Assembly: GCA_012295275.1 (NCBI GenBank)
Contig: CM022667.1
Span: 13,764,001 to 13,828,000, forward strand
Reading direction: 5' to 3'
Length of the DNA: 64,000 nucleotides
From: Chrysomallon squamiferum
Lineage: Eukaryota > Animalia > Mollusca
The notes under the pieces are model-generated. The model had not been told where the DNA came from. It made no database searches and was given only the letters and a program-made list of their open reading frames with translations. Both the position numbers and the translations under genes were made by a program. Of the stretch, positions 54,408-64,000 are shown piece by piece (the first letter of the stretch is position 1; every line of letters starts with the position of its first letter).

Positions 54408-54707
54408 ATGTCTCCGTTGGTTCTTGCTATTCTGGTCATTGGCGTTGTCAACGTCGCTGTTGATGCTCAGACGTGTTCGTGTCAGCAGCAGTTAGACGAA
54501 ATGACGATGTTTTATAAACAGATGATCAACAACGTCGTTTCTACAATCCGCTCCATGAATTCGCAGTCCAGAAATCCAAGTCCGCCGATAATACCCACAC
54601 CTCCAGCGCAGGGATACCCTTGGGAGTATGCAGCAACGCCTACTACCGCAGCTACTACCGCAGCAACCGCAGTACCTAGCACCTTTCCTTTCTATGTCAA
54701 ACATTAA
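54408..54707 (+). CDS. Small secreted CxC/helical protein, type III (99 aa, Pro/Thr/Ala-rich tail)
   Basis: Close paralogue of 53120-53392; GTAAGT 4 nt after TAA; terminal exon ~54975 with AATAAA ~55008. Confidence 0.88.
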   Translation: MSPLVLAILVIGVVNVAVDAQTCSCQQQLDEMTMFYKQMINNVVSTIRSMNSQSRNPSPPIIPTPPAQGYPWEYAATPTTAATTAATAVPSTFPFYVKH

Positions 54708-55304
54708 CTTCGTAAGTAACAAGAAAACTGATTTTGACTACATATAAATTGTTTTAACATGTTTAATAATATTTTATAATTGTAGATAAAATGTAAAATT
54801 TTGTGTTCTTTTTAATAATGTAGTATTGCATATTTTACGTCCCTTTTGGTTGGTTTTTAATTTGATTAATCAGTTTTTCATTTATATCTGGTTTTCTTTC
54901 TCAATATCATAATTACGGCATGTTTCGTCAAATGGTAATATTATATATAAATTTGTTTTATTTTATTATTTCAGCGTTAGAAGAGGAAAACGGTGCTGAA
55001 ACACATAAATAAAATCTACTCAAATACTGCTTTGTTAATATGAATGTACAATAAATTATTAAATAATTGAAAAAAAAAAAAATAATAAAATAATAAAATG
55101 AAGATTTTGAAGATGAAATCGTTGTTGTCTTATCTGTTCGTATTGCCAGATTTTTATTCAGTTACTAAATGTAATTATAATTTAAATGCTTAGACTGTAC
55201 TGTGGCTGAAAGCATGTCTTGTTTTAACCAAAAGTTAAATATTTGTTTTACATCGTATATTTATGAAATTCTTATTTGCAAAATGGCTTTAATATGAGAA
55301 AACG

Positions 55305-55364
<60 letters not shown>

Positions 55365-55630
55365 TATGTATGTATGTATGTATGTATGTATGAATGTATG
55401 TTTGTATGTATCCTAAGGATGTAATCCCTTTTGCGCTATCAATAACAGTTCAATACTGTTGGATGTCATGATTTTAAACTAATTGGGCTTGCAATCACAA
55501 AGACATCAATGAATTAAATTAAATTTAGACAAAAATATTTATCTAAGCATTGCATATACAGATCTTGTAGATAAATGAAAAAAAAAGAGAAGACATTTAT
55601 TACTTTTCAACAGCTTGTGCATTACAAATA

Positions 55631-55669
<39 letters not shown>

Positions 55670-56539
55670 GGGATTAGAAAATATAATAAGATGTTCAGAT
55701 AGTAATTACATTTGATGAATTAATTATTTTTAGTAAAGAATTTTTTTTTATTATTATTATTGTTTGTCTTTTTTAAGATAATCGTACAATAATAATAAAT
55801 TAAAATATGATCTAATAAATTCACGGATATTCTTAGAAGATTATTTCCGAATCACAAATATCGGAAATCCAATATGCAATAACAAAAATTTAATCACAGT
55901 TCTGTTATTAAACATAATCCAAAAGTTCCTTTCTCAGTTTTCAGAAAATATACATTGTCAGAAGGAAAGATATTCAGTATATATATATATATATATATAT
56001 GTAGGACTATAATTATATGTATAGATTTTATAATCAAAACATCTCGAGATATACTATGAATATGTAGCTACAAACTGCCAAGTAAGTAAGATTTGTTTTC
56101 CTTTTGGTTTAAACTGAAACTGAAAACCACATTTGTTACTCTTTGCTGTTATCATCTTTTTTTTTCGTGATTATGTATTTATGTATAATGTAACGGGACA
56201 TGGCTTTCCTCTCTGGGGCCTATAATACTCTTAAGACTGTCGATTAAAAAAGAGCTGATTTACTGATCTCTACTATATTCACCTACATCTTGGCATGTTT
56301 GGGTACTGACACCAAACATATTTAACAACTATGTTCACTGCAAATATGAACTTTTAATTCAAAGCGTAAAACTATTATTGGAAACCAGTCTAATTCGTAC
56401 AAAATATCAGTCTAGGGATCAAACAAATGTCAACTTCTTACCGCCATTTTCAAATAATATATGTTCAAATCCTGGACGTGATCAAAATAATATTCATTGC
56501 AACTAACAAAAACGACGATTATAATACAGAACAGATGCT

Positions 56540-59500
56540 ATGACCACAAGTAAGTAATGCATACCTATTTTACAAGATATATGTCTATGAAATAACGCCA
56601 CAATCGAACGTAAACTCACGTCAAAAGAAACAAAATTGATAATAAAATAGTTATATTAAGACTCATTTAGTCATTATTATTAAACATAATTTTGTACGAT
56701 TTATCTGTTAGATGTGTCGTATATGATGATATGATAATTATTTTCAATAATAATAATTAATAATATACAAACTAATACTTACAAGTTCATTTCAGCATAA
56801 CTGAATTTAATTGATAATTCGTAGCTTGTCAGTGACTTACTGTTTGATCATGCTGTTTAAAAAAAATAATAATAAAAAAAATCTTAAACGAATTTATTAT
56901 TTAATTAAATAATTAAATAAACTTTGTTTTTATTGGTTGTTCCAGATATATTTAACTGTAAATTGTACTCCATTTTAATTTCAGCTTCTGCAGATGGTTT
57001 TTCGGGGTAGGAATATTCTTAATTACTTACTCAAATTACTGATCATGTCTAACGTTAAACATAAAGAGAGCAGTGAAAATAAGTTTCAATAATTTAATAA
57101 TCCTGCTACAAATCTATCATTCTAACTAACTGTATGTTGATTATTGTTTTGTTTCCAGCATTAATGCCATTTACATTGGTAAATAATATAAATATTTATA
57201 TTTAATGTGATTATTGGTAATAATAATAATTTGTAATAATAATAATAATAATAATAATAAACCAGATAATTATAAATAAATAAATTTGTAAGGTTGGGCA
57301 CAAGATTTGATATCCCTTGACTTTGAATGAAATTATGTATGTCCACAATCATGCACACCTTTCATGGATACAGTGTCTGTGTTTGTCATACTGTTGGACT
57401 TGTGTATTTTATGCTGCAGTGAGGGTGATGCTGTACAGGTGTATTTGCGTGTGCGTCCACCGAGTGTGGCAGAGGGTGAGCTTGTTTGCATCGAGTACTG
57501 GACGTAGATCCGACTAGAAATGCAGTCATACTCCACTCCAAACCACAACCAAAAGTGTTTACGTTTGACCAGGTCGGAGATATCGACGTTAGTCAGGTAT
57601 GAAATTTTTGGAGCTACCATGCTGATATTTATCAAATATATTGACTGTCTCTCTACTGGACTTTTTTGTAGTCATGTATTTTTGTACTAGTGGAGAGACA
57701 AAATGAACTTTTGATGTATTTTTTATCAACTGTTATCAATCTTTATCAGATTTTTGATGTAAGAACATTGTGTGTGTGTCTGTGTTTTTTGTTTTTAATT
57801 TGAAATGATTTTTCTTTTTTTCAGAGTAATGTATTTTCATGTGTTGGACAAAAGCTGATTGAAAGTTGTGTGCAAGGCTATAATGGAACCATATTTGCAT
57901 AGTAAGTTACTAAGTGTTAGTAGAAGAATTGTAATAGAATTTATGCTTATGCATCTTTAAAAAAAGATAAATAAATAAAAAATAGGTATTAACAATAAGG
58001 AAAATTTTGAAATAATTTTGGACCACTTAATTTTCATTTTTTTTTTTTTGAGTTCAGACATCAGCACATGACATCTGATTTTATTATTTTAAAAACTACA
58101 GACATCAATCAATTAAATTCATTGATTTGTAATGATTAATACAAAAATTAAGAGAAAGATTACCTATTCTTTTTCTAAAAGTTTTAAAAAAGACTAAATG
58201 AACAGATAATTTATTTTAGTATATTTTTCTACTTTATATTTTTCAGTGGCCAAACTGGCTCAGGAAAAACATACACCATGATAGGTAAAAATACACTTTG
58301 AATTTTATAATATTAAACAGTGTTGAATTTCACAATACTAAATATTTTGGATCCTTTAATCTTGGTGTAAAAATTATATTCAGTACATTTTGTGAAATGG
58401 CAATATCATCCATTTTAAACACAATATAAATTTTGTTGATACAGTGCATGAATAAATTCACAAATTATACTAGCAAATGTCTGGGTGATATATTTTCATT
58501 TATTTTGGTTCAGGAAAGAAATAATAACAAAGGATCTTCCCAAAAGGGACCTGCCTACAGAACCAGTTTTTACATTTCATAATCTGGCCTGACAACTTTT
58601 ATACTTTTACAGAACACTAACAAGATGTTTATTTTGCTGAAAGTTTATTAATATTAAATTATTTAGATTATAATGAAATTATAATCTTAATTAGTTTGCT
58701 GTTACTATATAAACAGTTAATGATAATTTCACTTTCAGATTTTTTTGTTACCATTAACTAAGTGATCATTCATTTGTCCTTTGTGATTTCAGGTCCATCT
58801 GAAAATGGGACAAACTTCCAGCACGAACACAGAGGTGTAATACCCAGAAGTTTCGAGTATTTGTTCGATTTGATCGCGAGAGAAAAAAATATTGTAAGTG
58901 ACTTTTCATTTGTTTGTTGTCATCACATAATACAGTATCCAGTGCTACTAAAATACTGAAAAATGTGATTATTTGTATTTAACAATACGATGTTGTTTGG
59001 TTTTCATTTGGCTGGTTGTACATATAGAATTGCTATTTATTGTTTAATTTCTTTTCTTATATTTTCAGTTTCTTTTTATTATTTACATATAATTATAGAT
59101 AGTTACATATTTTGGTTTGTTATTTGTTTTTATTTATGTTTAATGTGCTAAATTTTATATTTTGGTAATATAATTCTCTCTCTCTCTCCCTCATAGGAAC
59201 ACACACACACACATACACACACGTTTTTTTAGTTTTGGTTAAATTAATATAATTTGTAAATTTCAGCATGGTAGCTCAAAACATTTTCTGTGTCGTTGTT
59301 CGTTTCTTGAAATCTACCAGGAGCAGATCTTTGACTTGCTTGATGCCGCTTCATCAAACCTACATTTACACGAAAACATGAAAAAAGGAGTCTTTGTTGA
59401 TGGCCTAACTGAACGAACGGTTACTAATGCTAAAGATGCCTACCAAGTAATTGATATATCATAAATCTTTTATTTTATTAGTTTCGATTTCAGAAATTGT

Positions 59501-59851
59501 ATTTTATTGAGTCACACCAGGGATAAAAAAAAAAAGAAAAAAAAATGGAATAAACAGAATTGTTGTTTTTAATTTTTGACACAACCCATTTAGAAAAATG
59601 GATATAAAAAATTTACTTTTTCAGATAAATGTTTCAGTGTTTCATATGCACAGATAACATTTAGCATCACCCCTATTATTTTTATTTTTTTTTTTATCAC
59701 ATTTTGTTTTTTCATGCTGTCCCAATATTTTTAGGCAAATGTGGCACAAAAAATTATTTAAACTAAGAAATTCCAAATTTGGAAATATATATTTAGAAAC
59801 AAACTAAAAATGATCATGATTTATCCAGGGAGATAAACTTTTGTAATAAAT

Positions 59852-59897
<46 letters not shown>

Positions 59898-60374
59898 TAT
59901 ATATAAATAAAACATACATTTCAGATTTCTGAACTCCAAAACTGTAGCAGTCTTTTGAAAATTAAAAAAGGCTTTAAAATTATTGATATTATTTTGAAAA
60001 TTAAATTTTTGTTAATTTTCTTCTTTAATATTCTTTTTTAATCCAAATGAAAAATAAATTAAACTTTCAGGTTCTTGTCACTGGCTGGCAGAATCGCAGA
60101 GTGGCATCCACGTCGATGAACAGAGAAAGTTCTAGAAGCCACGCTGTGTTCTGTCTTCAGATTGAGTCAAAAGTTAGTTTGCTTATTTTTATAATTCTTT
60201 AACTTTATTCCTACGTAAACTTTATTAGTATTTATCGATTGACTTTTCTCCTAAGTAATATTTTGAAATTCAGATTGATAGAGGAAGAAAGAATGATTAG
60301 TCCATAAACTCAGAAGAAACTACTAACTTGGATGTTTGAATTATCTGAAGTAACTAAAGACAAAAATGATGATG

Positions 60375-60407
<33 letters not shown>

Positions 60408-63400
60408 TAATAATAGTAATAAAAAAATATTTATTATATAATGAACATCTGTTCAACTTAATCCATTTCCACTTTGATGCTCTTTCCATATTTTAAGACT
60501 AAATAATAATCATTTATAACTGGAAAAAAAAATTATAATAACTATTTCAGCTGAAACTATACATGTATTTTAATATGATAATAATTATGAATTATAATAC
60601 AGGTGGAACATTTAAAAAAAAAAAAAATATCAATTCAGCAGAAATTGTTTTGACTTACAAACTTTAAGTTTTAATACAGTATAAGAACATCTGATGCAAA
60701 GTGTGTATTTGAATAATTCTGTTAGGAGGAGAAGGCTGGCATACTCAGTGTTAGGATGTCACAGCTGAACTTAGTTGATCTTGCAGGCAGTGAGCGACAG
60801 AAGGACACAAAGACAGTTGGAACAAGATTAAAGGTAAAACAATTAAATGTACTTTGGAAAATGTTTATGTATCTTTAACATATTGACATAAATACCTTTC
60901 ATTTGCATTCAGCAGTAAAATAAAAGCACTTTCTAAAAAAAAACAAAAATTAAACTTTTATATATTTGGATATACATTTTCAGTTTGTATATCAAATTAA
61001 TATTTTTTGTCATTTTGTTAATTAATGTTGTTTTCTAATTAATGTACATATAAATGGAAAGAAGTTTTATTCTCCTTAAAACAAATCTTGGCCCTGAACT
61101 GTTTACTAAAGTATCTTGAAGGATTTATTTCCTTGTGGCTCAAGCCAGAAAAACCATTAACGCAGTCTTGTGCCAGAAACTACTAATATAAATTTAAATA
61201 ACCCTTCCATATTTGTTGGTGCTATTGAATAAATAATTATACCTCTACATCCTTCTGCTTGTTGTAGTTTTTGAAGAACATTTTATACATGCATTCCTCT
61301 CCCAAAAGCATAATGTTCAGGAATAACGTCAGTTGTGTTCTTACTTAAAGCTGAAATAGGTCATAATGTCATTAATTTTAAAAATAATTTTCAGGAAGCG
61401 GGAAGCATAAACAAGTCTCTCTCAGTGCTGGGTAATGTGATCAATGCCCTTGTTGACCGGGGGCAGGGAAAGCAAAGATTTGTGTCATACAGGGACTCAA
61501 AACTGACTTTTCTGCTGAGGGTGAGTAAAACTTAACAACCAACAAAATTGAGTGGTAATTTTACAGATATGCTTAAACCATTCCTCTCTTAGAATCCACT
61601 AATTCCTTTTATCTTGAATTAATGATGTGCATGTAAATAAACATATACACAAAGGACTAATTTTTATTTTTGTTTACTTGCAGGATTCACTTGGAGGCAA
61701 TGCAAAGACAAGAATAGTGGCTTGTGTGCATCCAGGAGCTAAGTATGTTCTATATCACTGTAAACTGTACTTGTCTTTGTGAATACTGTTTTATTATTTT
61801 TAACTCTGCCTGCCTGCCTGTCTGTGTGTGTATGTACATCATCTACCTAGCTATACACACACACATGATAAATATATAAATTAATATAGATTATATGTTA
61901 ATCTTTTGTTTGTTCTAATTATTATGATTTTTTCTGTGAATTGAATATTACCTAATATGAAAAGTAATAAATTTATTATTTCAGATGTTTTGGAGAAACA
62001 CTAAGCACATTAATGTTTGCTAGACGAGCAAAAATGATAAAAAATAAGGTAAATGCCTCATTTTATTTTGAAATATTAAAAGAAAACTTGTAAAATTTCA
62101 AATTAAATTTAAAACTCTAAAAATTACATGTATTGGTTCTTTAAGGTGTTAAGATTTAAAGTTCATTATGGTAACTGCAGTGAATACCTTTAGAATACAC
62201 TAAGTTATCTCTCAAATTTCTTTATTTGAAAGGCCAAGTAAAACATAAAATGTGAAAATAGCAAAAAATACAGTAAAAATGTCCTGCTGATGTGTATTTT
62301 ATATCATAATTTTTAATTTTTTTTTTTTCATGTTTTATGGGAGATTTGCATTACTGTTAAACAGTTTCAACAGTCAAAGTGCTGTTACTTTTTTCTTTTT
62401 AAGGTTTTATATACATGTTACTAAACATAAAAAATTTTTTTTGCATTTTAGGCTGTTGTGAATCAGGACATGTCAGGAAATGTTATTCAGATGCAGACAG
62501 AAATTCGCAGATTGAAAGACCAGCTCTTCAAATATGAATCACAACAAACCATCATTAGCAATTTTTCAGGTATTTTTTTATTTTAAATTATCAATATTTT
62601 TATTATTAAGAAAAAATTAAGAAAATCCAAACAATTAAATAAAGTTGTCTGTTATTTGTCAAAATACCATGAAATATTTCATAAAGAATAAATATTTAAA
62701 AACAAAAATGTGATCAAAGTTTAAAATTTTATATTTATTGATTACATTGTTCAAAGCTAATTAAGAATGTTTTAAATAAATAAACAAATAACTAATTAAT
62801 TTGTATTTTATTTCTGTTTTGAAACAAAGAATGAGAAAGAAATTTCAAATATATATAGAAAGTTTTCTGTTATTTGTCAAAATACTATGAAACGTTTAAT
62901 AATTAATAAATATTAGAACAAAAAAAAAATGTGGTCAGTGTTTAGAATTTTATATTAATCAGTGTCCCTATCCAAAGCCAATTAGGAATGTTTTAAATAA
63001 TTGTTTCTATTTTGCTCAGGTATTATAATTTTAACCTGTTTGCAGTTATTTTTAAAAAACGATTTGTGAAAAGTAAATTTAACAGATTTTCCAGGCATTT
63101 TAATTTTAATTTTAATTTATTATTTTTAATTTTAATTTTAATTTTAATACTGAATTTTACAGTGACAAGAAAAGATAGAGCTTCCTTCCAGTCAGATAAT
63201 TTAATTGTGAAATATTGAATTTTAGGGTATTTTTTAAATTTTTCTTTTGAAGATGTTGAAGATTTTGGAAGTGAGTGGAAAGACAACTTTTACGATGCTA
63301 TGAACTGGGTAGACAATTTGATAGCAGAGAAAAAGGTAAATCATTTAATTAACTGCTACCAAGAAATAAATCTGCTTATATATAAAAACATTAATTGAGT

Positions 63401-64000
63401 AGTTAAAATTTTCTTGAAATTCTGTCAAAATGATGAATCACCAGATATGTGAATCTTATTCTGCTTACTTTGTGAATTTTAGCTCTTCATTAGGATATTT
63501 ATAGTCCTGTCATATATACCAAGTTAAATTTTTTATTCCTTTTGTTGTAAATACATTTAAAGTGGTGTTACAAATAAATTTAATAATAAAATTCCATTTA
63601 TTTGTATTTACACATCACTATTTTATTTGGACAACTCATCGTAGTTAATACATTATTATGACAATATGTTAGATAAGATGTGATTGCAGCCATTTTGTCT
63701 CCTTTGCAACTGGTGTATGTTGCAAATTTGTAGCTGCATTTTTTTCCTGACATTAGAAAAATCTTTAGTCTACTCTTTATTTTTATACTTCATTATTAAT
63801 TAAATTTGGAAAGTAAAAAAAAAAAAAACAATTATTTGGAAATAAGCAGAAAATATTTAGATTATTTGTGAACTGCCAATTCTAATAATAAACACTGCCA
63901 AAAAAAAAAAAAAAAAAAAAAATTATCTATATTTGTTTTCAGATACTGCCAAAAGTAGCTTTCAATAATAAACAGCTCAGCAAAAATGAAAAGGATATAC
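56540..64000 (+). CDS. KIF15: Kinesin-12 family motor KIF15, 5' part (continues beyond window)
   Basis: Exons 56540-56549,56985-57006,57420-57596,57825-57901,58247-58284,58793-58893,59267-59446,60071-60172,60726-60833,61395-61520,61684-61742,61985-62048,62452-62569,63253-63335,63943-. Motifs [51 protein letters not shown]15-like [46 protein letters not shown] and [11 protein letters not shown]. The first two and last exons are less certain. Confidence 0.92.

Overview
Very AT-rich, microsatellite-dense animal DNA with spliceosomal introns; an invertebrate, possibly a mollusc (inference from composition and gene content). Four zones. (1) 748-15207 (+): the last 23 exons of a CEMIP/TMEM2 (cell-surface hyaluronidase)-like gene extended by a WSC domain and three C-type lectin domains. 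(2) ~15.8-37 kb (+) plus 42.9-45.3 kb (-): a U3 snoRNA gene array with 12 full-length and 2 partial copies. Its core is a ~3.8-kb higher-order dimer in which a canonical 220-nt U3 alternates with a variant U3. The variant carries a box A substitution, a 5-nt hinge duplication and a 72-337-nt G-rich hexamer expansion (G-quadruplex-like) just after box B. The spacers contain decayed L2/CR1-type LINE tails. (3) 39-55 kb: seven small secreted-protein genes I cannot assign to a known family (signal peptide, CxC, amphipathic heptad helix, hypervariable tail, with an intron right after the stop codon). This zone also holds a two-exon six-cysteine secreted peptide gene missing from the ORF track and a non-autonomous hAT/Charlie transposon with a perfect 8-bp TSD. 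(4) 56.5-64 kb (+): the 5' part of KIF15 (kinesin-12), with an apparent 1-nt frameshift in the first motor exon. Most ORF-track entries are microsatellite artefacts. All exon calls and translations were done by eye.
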